Shown: positions 1 through 9,574 of the stretch, piece after piece
Position numbering within the stretch: position 1 is the first letter of the stretch
Layout of the letters: every line of letters begins with the position of its first letter
NCBI GenBank assembly: GCA_963665315.1
Contig: OY762274.1
Location: 3,162,133 to 3,226,132, forward strand
Direction: 5' to 3'
DNA: 64,000 nt
Source of the DNA: Pseudomonadales bacterium
GTDB taxonomy: Bacteria > Pseudomonadota > Gammaproteobacteria > Pseudomonadales > Pseudohongiellaceae
The notes under the pieces: model-generated
The model's input: the letters and a program-made list of their open reading frames with translations, nothing else
What the model was told of the DNA's origin: nothing
The model's database searches: none
Position numbers and translations under genes: made by a program

Positions 1-733
1 ATTCCGGCGTTTCGAGGTCCACGATCGGGTCTCCGCTGGAACGGAACAGCGTGCCCTGGTAGCTGGCCGGCATGAAACCCGAACCCCAGTCGTTCGGCCC
101 GCCGAGAGGCCCGCCGCGATAGTCCGTCATTACCACGAACGCCGGCAGGCTGGAACTTTCGGAGCCGAGCCCGTAGGTCACCCAGCAGCCCACGCTGGGA
201 AAGCCCATGCTGATCTGGCCGGTCTGCATTTCGTAGGTCGCCTGGATGTGATCGTTGGATCTGCCGTACAGGGATTTGACGAAGGCAATATCGTCCACAT
301 GCGCGGACAGATGCGGAAACAATTCCGAGACCCACATGCCGCTCTCACCGTATTGCCTGAATTCGAACGGACTTGGCATCAACGGGCCGGGCATGCCCTG
401 CCGGACGGCGAATTTTTCACCGATCAGGTCTTCCAGCGGCTGCCCCGCGTATTTGGTCAGCGACGGCTTGTAATCGAAGGTGTCGATCTGGCTCGGCCCG
501 CCACTCATGAACAGGGAGATGACGTTTTTCGCCCGCGGGGTGAAATGCGGCGGTTTCGGCGCAAACGCGCCCGGAAACTGCTCCGCGCATTGCGCCCCGA
601 CAGGCGGCGCCGATTGCGCGAACACCCGTTCATCGTGCATCAGCGAGGCCAGGGCCAGGCCGGCGATACCGCCGCCGGACTGCATGAGAAAGTCCCGGCG
701 CGACCAGAATTTCTTCTTCGGCTTGTCATGCAT
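1..733 (-). CDS. DUF1501-family (sulfatase-like) protein with twin-arginine signal; 3' end lies outside the window
   Basis: Reverse-strand ATG at 733. My translation starts MHDKPKKKFWSRRDFLMQSGGGIAGLALASL (Tat-type RRDFL), then NVISLFMSGGPSQIDTFDYKP, the conserved DUF1501 N-terminal block. It sits 4 nt downstream of its usual DUF1553 partner gene. It is absent from the ORF track because it runs off the window edge. Confidence 0.8.
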   Translation of the reverse strand, partial: MHDKPKKKFWSRRDFLMQSGGGIAGLALASLMHDERVFAQSAPPVGAQCAEQFPGAFAPKPPHFTPRAKNVISLFMSGGPSQIDTFDYKPSLTKYAGQPLEDLIGEKFAVRQGMPGPLMPSPFEFRQYGESGMWVSELFPHLSAHVDDIAFVKSLYGRSNDHIQATYEMQTGQISMGFPSVGCWVTYGLGSESSSLPAFVVMTDYRGGPLGGPNDWGSGFMPASYQGTLFRSSGDPIVDLETPE

Positions 734-737
734 GTCG

Positions 738-3371
738 CTATCTCCTGTACAGGAACTCACTCAGGTTGAAGACTACATGAGTGAGGTCTTCCAGCGAACC
801 GTCCGCCACCAGTTGCCGCGCCAGGTCGGCCTCCTCCGGGGCGGGCGCCCTGGCCAGGGCGGTCCGATACACCAGATCCACCTGCCGGTCCACGTCGTAA
901 GGGGCCTGTTCTTCTATTCGGCGTGCGAAAAGGCGCGCCTGTCCGAGCACAAACTCGTTGTTCATCAGGGTCAATGCCTGGGGCGCTACGGTCGAGGTAT
1001 TGCGATAGGCCGCCGTGATGTTCTGATCCGGCAAATCGAATGTCTCGAAAAACGGGAAGGTCAATGTACGGCGGCGATAGACGTAGAGACTGCGGCGCCA
1101 TGCTTCCGGCCCGTCGACCTGGTTGTCCCAGCGGCCGTAAGCCTGGGCGGTGTCCAGAATTTCCTGCGGAATATAGGGAAAGACCGGCTTGCCGCCGATG
1201 CTCAGATCGATGCCGCCGCTGGTCGCCATCATTACGTCGCGAATCGCTTCGGCTTCCAGGCGCTGCGGCCGGTAGCGCCACAGCAGATGATTCTCGGGGT
1301 CCGCGGCGGCGTTCTGTTCATTGTCCCAGGACGAGGCCATGACATAGGCCTCCGAACTCATGATCAGGCGATGCAGGTCCTTGGTGCTCCAGCCGTTTTC
1401 CATGAATTCCACCGCCAGCCAGTCCAGCAGTTCAGGATGGCTGGGGCGGTCGCCGACCACGCCGAAGTTGTCCAGGCTGGCGACGATGCCACGGCCGAAA
1501 TGATGGTGCCAGACTCGATTCACCCAGACCCGCGCGGTCAGGGGATTGTCATCCGAAGTAATCCATTGCGCCAGGGCCAGCCTGCGCCCGGAAGTGCGGC
1601 CGTCGGGCCGGGGAATTTCAGTGGGCGGGTCCCCGTAGGTGGCCACGGTCAGAAAGGCCGGCTCCATTTCCGGGCCGGGGCTGAACGGGTCGCCGCGGAT
1701 CAGGAATGGCGCCGACGGCACTTCGTAAGCGCCGGAGCCCTGATGCAGGAAACTGCCAGGTTCTTCCATTCTGATTCGGCACTCCGGACAGCCCAGGACA
1801 TTGTCCCCGGCCCGATCCGGCGTGTAGCGATAATCGCCGTCGGTAACGACTTCCATCATCGGTGGCTGCGCCGGCCGCTGTTCCTCGATCTCCTGAATGC
1901 TCCGGCGCAACGCTTGCCGGCGGACCTTGTCCGGCTCCGGCATGGCGGCGTCCACCTGGTCGCGAGGCACGCCGATGGTCAGGACCTGCGCGGCCAGCAA
2001 CTGCTGCCCGTCGCTGCGCTCCTCTTCCGGCGTGAGTACGGCTTCCAGCACGTCACTGGGAAACTCCCTGCGGATACGCTCGATCTTCAGTTCCGTCAGG
2101 TAAGGCTGCTCGATCTCCCTGATCTGTTCGCGGACGGCCGAAACCCGCTCGTCCAGTTCCGCTGTCCTGGCGAGGTATGCAAGGGCCTGTTCATCCGGCA
2201 ACATCGGCCAATCGGTTTCGACGTAGCCGAAAATCGAAGCCGTCATGCTGTAATAGTCTTTCTGCAGGATCGGATCGAACTTGTGGTCGTGACAGCGGGC
2301 GCACTGGATAGTCATGCCCAGCACGCCCCGGCCCAGGGTCGCGACGACATCGTCGAGATAATCCCAGCGCCGCTCGGGGTTGTCCTTCTCGCGGAAGTTC
2401 ACCCGCGGTCCCGCGCGCAAAAAGCCGGTGGCTATACGGGTTTCATGAGTGGTCTCATCGAGTTCGTCGCCGGCTACCTGTTCGGTGATGAACCGGTCGT
2501 AGGGTTTGTCGTTGTTGAAGGCGTCAACGACGTAGTCGCGATAGCGCCAGGCATCGGCGCGGTCCACATCCTGCTCGTAACCGTCGGAGTCGGCGTAACG
2601 CGCCACATCCAGCCAGTGGCGCCCCCAGCGTTCGCCATAGTGGGGGGAGGCCAGCAGCTTGTCGATCTGCCGCTCCCAGGCCCCGGGGGCCGTATCGGCC
2701 AGGAAGGTTTCGAGTTCCTCGACAGTCGGCGGCAGGCCCAGCAGATCGAGATACGCCCGGCGTAATAGTACCGCCTTGTCGGCTCGCGGCGCCGCGGTTA
2801 CGCCCTGTTCCCGGCGTTCCCGTTCCAGGAAGCGATCGATGGGATGGTCGAAACTTTCCTCAAGGGGCGCCACGTCGGGCAGAGGCGCCTGCTCGGGGAG
2901 CCGGAATGCCCAATAGTCGCGCGCCGACGCCGGCACGTCGGTGACGAAAGTCGAGAATTCGCTGGCGGCGACGGTGGTAGCCGGCCCGTCGTCCCACACC
3001 GCTCCGGCTTCGATCCAGGCGCGGAACTTTTCGACATCTTCTTCCGGCAGCGGCACGCCCAGCGGCATGACCGGACCTTCCATGCCCGCAAGTTGCCGAA
3101 ACAGGCGGCTGGCGGCTGCGTCCCCCGGCACGATGGCCGGGCCGCGATTGCCGCCTTCAAGGGCTTTTTCCCGAGTGCTCAGATCGAGCCCGGAACTCTG
3201 GATCGCCGCGCCGTGACAGTTCCAGCAGGTGCGCTCCATGATCGGGCGAATTTCATGACTGAAGAATTCAGCGTCGGACTGGGCCTGGACGGCAATGGGC
3301 AGGAAACCGGCGATCGCCAGCACGGCGGCCGCCAGCACCAGGTCAGATACTGACAGTGAGCGCATCGTCAC
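738..3371 (-). CDS. PSCyt / DUF1549 / DUF1553 (PSD1) domain protein, Planctomycete-type cytochrome-c-like
   Basis: 877-aa ORF with an N-terminal signal peptide (LAAAVLAIAGFLPIAVQAQ) and a CWNCHG haem-c-like motif typical of PSCyt domains. It then has long DUF1549/DUF1553-like regions (CARCHDHKFDP motif). It pairs with the DUF1501 gene downstream. The start may be GTG 3371 or ATG 3365. Confidence 0.8.
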   Translation of the reverse strand: MTMRSLSVSDLVLAAAVLAIAGFLPIAVQAQSDAEFFSHEIRPIMERTCWNCHGAAIQSSGLDLSTREKALEGGNRGPAIVPGDAAASRLFRQLAGMEGPVMPLGVPLPEEDVEKFRAWIEAGAVWDDGPATTVAASEFSTFVTDVPASARDYWAFRLPEQAPLPDVAPLEESFDHPIDRFLERERREQGVTAAPRADKAVLLRRAYLDLLGLPPTVEELETFLADTAPGAWERQIDKLLASPHYGERWGRHWLDVARYADSDGYEQDVDRADAWRYRDYVVDAFNNDKPYDRFITEQVAGDELDETTHETRIATGFLRAGPRVNFREKDNPERRWDYLDDVVATLGRGVLGMTIQCARCHDHKFDPILQKDYYSMTASIFGYVETDWPMLPDEQALAYLARTAELDERVSAVREQIREIEQPYLTELKIERIRREFPSDVLEAVLTPEEERSDGQQLLAAQVLTIGVPRDQVDAAMPEPDKVRRQALRRSIQEIEEQRPAQPPMMEVVTDGDYRYTPDRAGDNVLGCPECRIRMEEPGSFLHQGSGAYEVPSAPFLIRGDPFSPGPEMEPAFLTVATYGDPPTEIPRPDGRTSGRRLALAQWITSDDNPLTARVWVNRVWHHHFGRGIVASLDNFGVVGDRPSHPELLDWLAVEFMENGWSTKDLHRLIMSSEAYVMASSWDNEQNAAADPENHLLWRYRPQRLEAEAIRDVMMATSGGIDLSIGGKPVFPYIPQEILDTAQAYGRWDNQVDGPEAWRRSLYVYRRRTLTFPFFETFDLPDQNITAAYRNTSTVAPQALTLMNNEFVLGQARLFARRIEEQAPYDVDRQVDLVYRTALARAPAPEEADLARQLVADGSLEDLTHVVFNLSEFLYRR

Positions 3372-3524
3372 CTCGCGCAGACCCGTTTCAGGATCAATAA
3401 GGTTTCTTTCTTATGAAGCGAACGATACCGACAGCTTTCGGAATTGGCAAGACTGTATCCGGGTTCGTTTCGCTTCAACAGGGCGGCGGAACCGCTATGC
3501 TATGATCCGCTTCGCCTGTTCAGC

Positions 3525-4988
3525 ATGAGCAAACAGCCCATGAAGCCCACCATGCCCGCCTTTCAGGACGCCCGATTGCTCGTCGTCGGCGATGTCATGC
3601 TCGACCGGTACTGGCATGGCAAGGCTTCGCGGATTTCGCCCGAGGCGCCCGTGCCCGTCGTGCGCGTCGGCAAGCGCGAAGACCGGCCGGGCGGCGCCGG
3701 CAACGTTGCCCTGAATATTGCCGCGCTCGGCAGCGCCGCCACCCTCGTCGGCGTCGTCGGCGCGGACGACACCGCCGATGAACTGCGCTCGCGGCTGGAA
3801 GCCGCTGGCGTCTATTGCGAGTTTCAGCAATCCCCGGATAAACCCACGATAACCAAGTTGCGCGTCATCGGGCACCAGCAACAACTCATCCGGCTCGATT
3901 TCGAACAGCGCTTCAATGAGGCCGATACCGAAGGCCTTGCCGGCAAGGTCGCCGGTCTGATGACCGAAGCCCAGGTTCTGCTGCTGTCCGATTACGACAA
4001 GGGCGGAATCGGCGATATCGGGGAACTGATCGCACTCGGCAGGAAACGGAAGATTCCGGTCATCGTCGATCCAAAGGGCAACGACTTTTCGCGTTATCGC
4101 GGCGCGACCCTGATTACGCCGAACCTGGGCGAGTTCGAAGCCATCATGGGCCCGAGCGCCAACGAGACGGAACTCGTGGCGAAAGGCGAGGAACTCATCA
4201 GCCGACTGGAACTCGAGGCCGTGCTCATTACCCGCGGCGAACTCGGCATGACGCTGATTCGGCCGAACGCGCCGGAATTGCATCTGCCGGCGAGAGCGCA
4301 GGAAGTCTACGATGTCACCGGCGCCGGAGACACGGTGATTTCCGTATTGTCGGCGGCGCTGGCGGCGGGGGAAAAGCTGACCGACGCGGTGGTGCTGGCC
4401 AATCTGGCCGCGGGCCTGGTAGTGGGCAAACTGGGCACGGCCGCCATCAGCGCTCCCGAGTTGCGCCGCGCGCTGCTTGCCGAACAGGGCAGCGGCCGGG
4501 GCATCATGAGCGCCGGTCAATTGCGCATCGCCGTGCAGGACGCCCGCGACCACGGCGAACGCATCGTTTTCACCAATGGCTGCTTCGACATCATCCACGC
4601 CGGCCACGTCGGCTACCTCGACGAGGCGCGCAAGCTGGGAGACCGCCTGATCGTCGCGATCAACGACGACGCCTCGGTGCGCAAGCTCAAGGGGCCGGGC
4701 CGCCCGATCAATCCACTCGACCGCCGCCTGCGGGTGCTGGCAGGGCTGGGCGCCGTAGACTGGGTAGTGAGCTTCAGCGAAGACACGCCGGAGGGCCTGC
4801 TGCGCGAATTGCAGCCGGACGTGCTCGTCAAGGGCGGCGATTACACGCTCGACGAAGTGGTAGGCGGCGAACTGGTCAAGTCCTGGGAAGGCGATGTGCG
4901 GGTGCTGGCCTTCATCGACGATTGCTCCACTTCCGCGATCGTCGAGAAAATGCGCCAGGCGGGCGACGAATCGCCGGACCAGGTCTGA
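3525..4988 (+). CDS. hldE: Bifunctional D-beta-D-heptose 7-phosphate kinase / D-beta-D-heptose 1-phosphate adenylyltransferase
   Basis: LLVVGDVMLDRYWHGKASRISPEAPVPVV N-terminal kinase block, DVTGAGDTV ribokinase-family motif, and C-terminal cytidylyltransferase block FTNGCFDIIHAGHVGYL. About 487 aa, as expected. ATG at 3525 was chosen over the track start at 3444. Confidence 0.93.
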   Translation: MSKQPMKPTMPAFQDARLLVVGDVMLDRYWHGKASRISPEAPVPVVRVGKREDRPGGAGNVALNIAALGSAATLVGVVGADDTADELRSRLEAAGVYCEFQQSPDKPTITKLRVIGHQQQLIRLDFEQRFNEADTEGLAGKVAGLMTEAQVLLLSDYDKGGIGDIGELIALGRKRKIPVIVDPKGNDFSRYRGATLITPNLGEFEAIMGPSANETELVAKGEELISRLELEAVLITRGELGMTLIRPNAPELHLPARAQEVYDVTGAGDTVISVLSAALAAGEKLTDAVVLANLAAGLVVGKLGTAAISAPELRRALLAEQGSGRGIMSAGQLRIAVQDARDHGERIVFTNGCFDIIHAGHVGYLDEARKLGDRLIVAINDDASVRKLKGPGRPINPLDRRLRVLAGLGAVDWVVSFSEDTPEGLLRELQPDVLVKGGDYTLDEVVGGELVKSWEGDVRVLAFIDDCSTSAIVEKMRQAGDESPDQV

Positions 4989-5017
4989 ATACGAACCTTG
5001 GCGGCAAGCCTGCTGCG

Positions 5018-6130
5018 CTAATGGTTTTCCCGCATGTAGTCCGCAATACGTTCGAGGCCGGGCTCAAGATGGCTGCGCGGTGAGCCAATGCCGATACGGA
5101 AATAGCCGTCGAGTCCATACACATCGCCCGGCAGCAGCAGTACGCCTTTCTCCTCGCGCAGCCGGTGTACGAGTTCCGTCGAGTTCGCTTCGAAGTGATA
5201 GCGTACGAATGCCATACCGCCGGCTTTCGGCGGAATGAGCGAAACCTGTTCGGCATTCGCATCGATCCAGTCCTGCAACAATGCCAGGTTCTCCCGCAGA
5301 ATCTTCCTGCTGCGCTGCAGGATCCTGGAGCGCAGCTCCGGTTTCAGCACGCGCTCAGCGACATATTCGCTGATCGCCGATGTCGTGATCGACGTGTAGT
5401 CCTTCCTTTGCCAGCACATATAGATGTCCTCCACGGGACCGGCGAGCCAGCCGATCCTCAGTCCGGGCAAGGCCATGGCCTTGGACAGCCCATTGGTCAC
5501 TATCGCCTTGTGGTAAATGTCCAGAAAACTTTCGCATTCCGGACCGTACAGCTCCGAGCCCTTGTAGACTTCGTCCGCATGCAGATAGATGTCGTGACTT
5601 TCGGCAATTCGAACCAGCTCGCGCATACCTTCCGGCTGCATGATGGCGCCGGTCGGATTATTCGGGTGACAGATCGTGATCAGGCGCGTCCTGGCGGATA
5701 TCGCCGCTTCCAGTTCGGCGAGCCTGGGCTGCCAGTCGGCATCGCCATCGTGCCGCACTGTCTTCGCGTTGACGCCCAGCGCTCGCGCCCACCCCCAGAT
5801 CTGCAAATAGTTGGGTGTGAACACGACGATCTCGTCCCCGGGATCAAGCAGCGACATGACCAGCAGAAAATTGGCTTCCGCGGAACCGTTGGTAACGATG
5901 ATTTCGTCCGGCGTCCGGCTCTCATACAACGCCGCAATGGTCTCACGCAGCGAAACGGCGCCGTTCGTCCAACCGTAGCCGAGCTCCAGCGCCTGTAATT
6001 CCCTCATCTCGGCGTCGCTCAGCAGTTCGTTCAAGGACATCGGATGGACACCGCTGTCGGACAGATTCAGCTCGACGACATTCTCGTACAACGACTGTAT
6101 GCGCTCGAGTGTGAACTCTTCGATTTTCAT
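5018..6130 (-). CDS. Class I/II PLP-dependent aminotransferase
   Basis: 370 aa with the NPNNPTG-like block (CHPNNPTGA) and the lysine block NGLSKAMALPGLRIGW, typical of fold-type I aminotransferases. Confidence 0.85.
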   Translation of the reverse strand: MKIEEFTLERIQSLYENVVELNLSDSGVHPMSLNELLSDAEMRELQALELGYGWTNGAVSLRETIAALYESRTPDEIIVTNGSAEANFLLVMSLLDPGDEIVVFTPNYLQIWGWARALGVNAKTVRHDGDADWQPRLAELEAAISARTRLITICHPNNPTGAIMQPEGMRELVRIAESHDIYLHADEVYKGSELYGPECESFLDIYHKAIVTNGLSKAMALPGLRIGWLAGPVEDIYMCWQRKDYTSITTSAISEYVAERVLKPELRSRILQRSRKILRENLALLQDWIDANAEQVSLIPPKAGGMAFVRYHFEANSTELVHRLREEKGVLLLPGDVYGLDGYFRIGIGSPRSHLEPGLERIADYMRENH

Positions 6131-6152
6131 CAGCTCACTATCCCGCCCAAAC

Positions 6153-6956
6153 TCATGAAGATCCTCGTCGAGCGTCGCTTGCCGCCTCGATGTTTTCGCG
6201 GAGGTGGCTGGGGTTTATGGTTCCGACGATTGCGGAGGCGATGCCGGGGGGTTCGAGCAGGAAGCGGAAGTTGTCGGCGACCGAGGGGGTTTGGTCCTCA
6301 GCGGCGCCGTGGACGGCGTGGCCGCTGGCGAGGCCTTTCTTGATGAGGACTCCCTTGCCGGCTTTTTGCGCCTGGTCGATTACCGGCTTCTGACTGGTGT
6401 CGGATCGGTTGTAGGTGAGCATGAGCACGTCGACGAGTTCTATTGCGCGCAGGCCGCCTTCGATGGTCTTGGAACTCATGCCGACGGCGCGCAGCAGGCC
6501 TTCGCGGCGCATTCGTTCCAGGGTTTCGAGGCAGTCGGACTTGTCGAGGATGTCGAGATCGTTGCCGTCGGAATGGATCAGCACCAGGTCGAGACGGTCG
6601 GTGCGCAGATGACGCAGGCTTTGTTCGATGCTTTCGCGTACATGGGCGGCGGAGAAATCGAACCGCGAACGGCCTCCTTCGAAGATTTCCCCGACCTTGG
6701 TGCCAAGCAGCCAGTTGTCACGGTCCGGCAAGAGCCTGCCGATTCGCCGTTCGCTGCTGCCATAGGCGGGAGCGGTGTCGAGCAGGTTTATCCCGGCTTC
6801 CCGGGCCAGGTCGAGCAATGCGGTGATTTCCCTGTCGGAAGGCAGTTCGAAACCTTCCGGGTATTTCACATCCTGGTTGCGGCCGAATTTCACCGTGCCG
6901 AGGCCGAGGCAGGAAACCCGCATGCCGGTCGTGCCGAGGTCGCGTTTGGGCAACAT
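6153..6956 (-). CDS. Aldo/keto reductase family oxidoreductase
   Basis: 267 aa. N-terminal LGTTGMRVSCLGLGTVKFG, INLLDTAPAYG and LVLIHSDG blocks match the AKR fold. Confidence 0.85.
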   Translation of the reverse strand: MLPKRDLGTTGMRVSCLGLGTVKFGRNQDVKYPEGFELPSDREITALLDLAREAGINLLDTAPAYGSSERRIGRLLPDRDNWLLGTKVGEIFEGGRSRFDFSAAHVRESIEQSLRHLRTDRLDLVLIHSDGNDLDILDKSDCLETLERMRREGLLRAVGMSSKTIEGGLRAIELVDVLMLTYNRSDTSQKPVIDQAQKAGKGVLIKKGLASGHAVHGAAEDQTPSVADNFRFLLEPPGIASAIVGTINPSHLRENIEAASDARRGSS

Positions 6957-6960
6957 GAAC

Positions 6961-8181
6961 TCAGTACCAATAAGGCCGCGCCAGCGGCGGTGGGCCGGGC
7001 AGTCCAGGCGGGAGCCGCCCCGCTGTCAGATCCGGGTTCGGGCCCGCTCCGGGCTCGATTCCATCGTCGCGCAGGCTTCGCATCACCATGTCCGCAAGCA
7101 CCGGTGCGAGCGTGAGCTTGGTGGGCCAGGCGACGATGATGTCCTGTTCCGCACTCACGCCGGCATTTTCGGGTCTGCGACCTCCGGGGTTTGCCGGTTC
7201 CGCCCGGTTGATGTCGAGACAGCGCCAGCGAAGATCGTTCAAGTAGACCTCGGGCAGCAAATCGGCGAGGTGACTTTTTGCCACGTCGATTTGCGCGGAG
7301 TCGGTACGCCCTGTTCCGTATTCAGCGAGTTGTCCACCCAGATACCACACCGTCTCACCGACACTATTGACATGGGAAGTAACGGTCAAATGCGGCGTGG
7401 CGCTCAAACCCTCTCCGAGTACATGCATGAAGATCGGCGGTAGCGAAGTTCCGCTGACCGAAACCATCTTGAGCGGCCTCGTCTGGCAGCGGGGGAGCAG
7501 CAGGCCTGCCAGTTCGATCAATCTCTCGTTGCCCTCGCCGGCGCAGAAAATGTAGCGCCGCGCCTTGATCGTCAGCGGTTTCCCCGTCGTGCGCAAGATC
7601 AATTCGCGGCAGGCGGCGGCGCATGTGAACTCGATACAGTTCTCCGAATCGGCGGATTCATGAAATCCGAACGAGTAAATCCGGCTTTGATGCGGCGCAG
7701 CCAGCGCTTCGATCAGCGATGCACCGTCGATCACGAAATCGGGCAGATTGTACACAGTGCCGCGGCCGCGCAATATTTCCGGGATTTCTTCCGGCGCGGC
7801 CGGTTCGGTCTTGCCGGCAATCGCCTTGCTGCCGAGAAAGGCTTTCATGCCGGCGCCGAGGCCGGCGCCCGACCAGAGCTGGAATCGCGGGCTGAGGACC
7901 CGGCAGGCGGACAGGTCGATTTCGCCATGTCCCTCGATGCAGTCACGCCAGCGCCGTGGCATGTCGGCGATCGCCCGGGACGCGCCACCGAAGGCGCCGT
8001 GCAGGGCGTACTTGAGCCCGCCGTGGATGATTCCCTGGGAATTGATCGATTGCCCGCCGCCGAGCCGCTCCCGCTCCAGCAGTATCGCCTGATAGCCTTC
8101 GGCGGTCAGCCGGTTGAGCAGCCATAATCCCGCCACGCCGCCGCCGAATATGACGATGTCAGTTGAATAGCCGGGGTGCAT
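6961..8181 (-). CDS. FAD-dependent oxidoreductase (glycerol-3-phosphate-dehydrogenase-like fold)
   Basis: 406 aa with an N-terminal dinucleotide-binding motif DIVIFGGGVAGLWLLNRL followed by SINSQGIIHGGLKY. The gene is packed 4 nt from the AKR gene. Confidence 0.75.
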   Translation of the reverse strand: MHPGYSTDIVIFGGGVAGLWLLNRLTAEGYQAILLERERLGGGQSINSQGIIHGGLKYALHGAFGGASRAIADMPRRWRDCIEGHGEIDLSACRVLSPRFQLWSGAGLGAGMKAFLGSKAIAGKTEPAAPEEIPEILRGRGTVYNLPDFVIDGASLIEALAAPHQSRIYSFGFHESADSENCIEFTCAAACRELILRTTGKPLTIKARRYIFCAGEGNERLIELAGLLLPRCQTRPLKMVSVSGTSLPPIFMHVLGEGLSATPHLTVTSHVNSVGETVWYLGGQLAEYGTGRTDSAQIDVAKSHLADLLPEVYLNDLRWRCLDINRAEPANPGGRRPENAGVSAEQDIIVAWPTKLTLAPVLADMVMRSLRDDGIEPGAGPNPDLTAGRLPPGLPGPPPLARPYWY

Positions 8182-8281
8182 CCTTTAACTTTTCCCGCAT
8201 TGTGGCCGGGCCGGCTCAAGAATACCGCAGACACAGCGGCAGTTCATGGGGCGTCCGTCCGCGCACGGACCGGCTTCCCCC

Positions 8282-9574
8282 ATGCAGCGAGCGATCTACA
8301 GCATAATTTTCACCCTGGCCCTGCCGTTGATATGGATTCGGCTGCTCTGGCGCTCGCGCAAATCGCCTGCGTACAGGCAGCGAATCGGCGAACGATTCGG
8401 CCGCATCCGGGCGCCGGATTCCCTTGACCCGGCAAGAACCACCATCTGGCTGCATGCGGTATCCGTCGGCGAGAGCATGGCGGCCGCGCCGCTGGTGTCG
8501 GTGCTGCAAGCCGAGATGCCGGAGCTGCAATTCGTCGTCAGCACGATGACTCCCACGGGCGCGGACCGCGTGCGGCAGCAAATGGGAGACAGCGTAATTC
8601 ATCATTATGCGCCCTACGACGCAGCCTGGATCGTGAACCGGTTCCTTGCCGCCTTCCGGCCGAAAATGCTGATCCTGATGGAAACCGAACTTTGGCCGAA
8701 CACCATTCATCTGGCGCACCGCGGGGGATTGAAGATATTGCTGGCGAACGGCCGCCTTTCGGAAAAATCCCTGCGCTCCTATTCCCGCGTCAAGGGCCTT
8801 ACCCGGAACATGTTGCGGCAGGTTCACACGATTTGCGTCCAGGCGGAGGATGACGCCGCGCGATTCCGCAAACTGGGCGCAGAAGCGCCGCGGGTAACGG
8901 GAAGCCTGAAGTTCGCCTTGCATGGACCGGGCGGGCAAACACCGCCGCTTGCCCCGATCGAAGCCTGGAAGGGCGAGCGCGAACTGATCGTCGCGGCCAG
9001 TACGCGGGAAGGCGAGGAACCAGCCGTTTTGCAGGCGTTTCGGCGCTGTCTCGAAAAACACCCGCAATCCAGGTTGCTGATCGTGCCGCGCCACCCGGAG
9101 CGATTCGGGCAGGTGTTCGAACTTTGCTCCGAAGCAGGCTTCGCCACCGGACGACGCAGCCGCGCCGGGAGTCTTGAAGATGAAACCCGGATCGTCATCG
9201 GCGATTCAATGGGCGAGATGATGCAGTATTTCGCCAGCGCCGACATTGCCTTCGTCGGCGGCAGCCTGGTCGATACCGGCTGCCACAACGTGCTCGAACC
9301 GGCCGCCCTCGGATTGCCTGTGATTATCGGCCCTTCCCGTTTCAATTTCGCCGCGGTCTGCGAACTGCTGGAAGATGCCGGCGCCTTGCGCAGCGCGGCG
9401 GACAGCGGAGAGCTTGGCGATACCTGGAATGAACTGCTGGCGGACCGCGACTCGCGCGAGCGGATGGGCGCAGCCGGCAAGGCCGTCATCGCCGCCAATC
9501 AGCAGGCGCTGGAACTGACTCTCGCGGAGATCAGGCGGCTGCTGCAGGCGCCGGATCCATTGCGTCCCGAGTAA
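8282..9574 (+). CDS. waaA: 3-deoxy-D-manno-octulosonic acid (Kdo) transferase
   Basis: N-terminal membrane anchor IYSIIFTLALPLIWIRLLWR, the WLHAVSVGES motif, and a C-terminal GT-B block VGGSLVDTGCHNVLEPAALGLPVI. About 430 aa. ATG at 8282 was chosen. Confidence 0.92.
   Translation: MQRAIYSIIFTLALPLIWIRLLWRSRKSPAYRQRIGERFGRIRAPDSLDPARTTIWLHAVSVGESMAAAPLVSVLQAEMPELQFVVSTMTPTGADRVRQQMGDSVIHHYAPYDAAWIVNRFLAAFRPKMLILMETELWPNTIHLAHRGGLKILLANGRLSEKSLRSYSRVKGLTRNMLRQVHTICVQAEDDAARFRKLGAEAPRVTGSLKFALHGPGGQTPPLAPIEAWKGERELIVAASTREGEEPAVLQAFRRCLEKHPQSRLLIVPRHPERFGQVFELCSEAGFATGRRSRAGSLEDETRIVIGDSMGEMMQYFASADIAFVGGSLVDTGCHNVLEPAALGLPVIIGPSRFNFAAVCELLEDAGALRSAADSGELGDTWNELLADRDSRERMGAAGKAVIAANQQALELTLAEIRRLLQAPDPLRPE

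Noticed and set aside
480-2765. 761-aa + strand ORF (and other long ORFs such as 248-769)
   Set aside because: It lies antisense to the well-supported PSCyt/DUF1553 gene, is Arg/Gly/Ala/Pro-rich and has no motifs. This is the typical shadow ORF of high-GC DNA.
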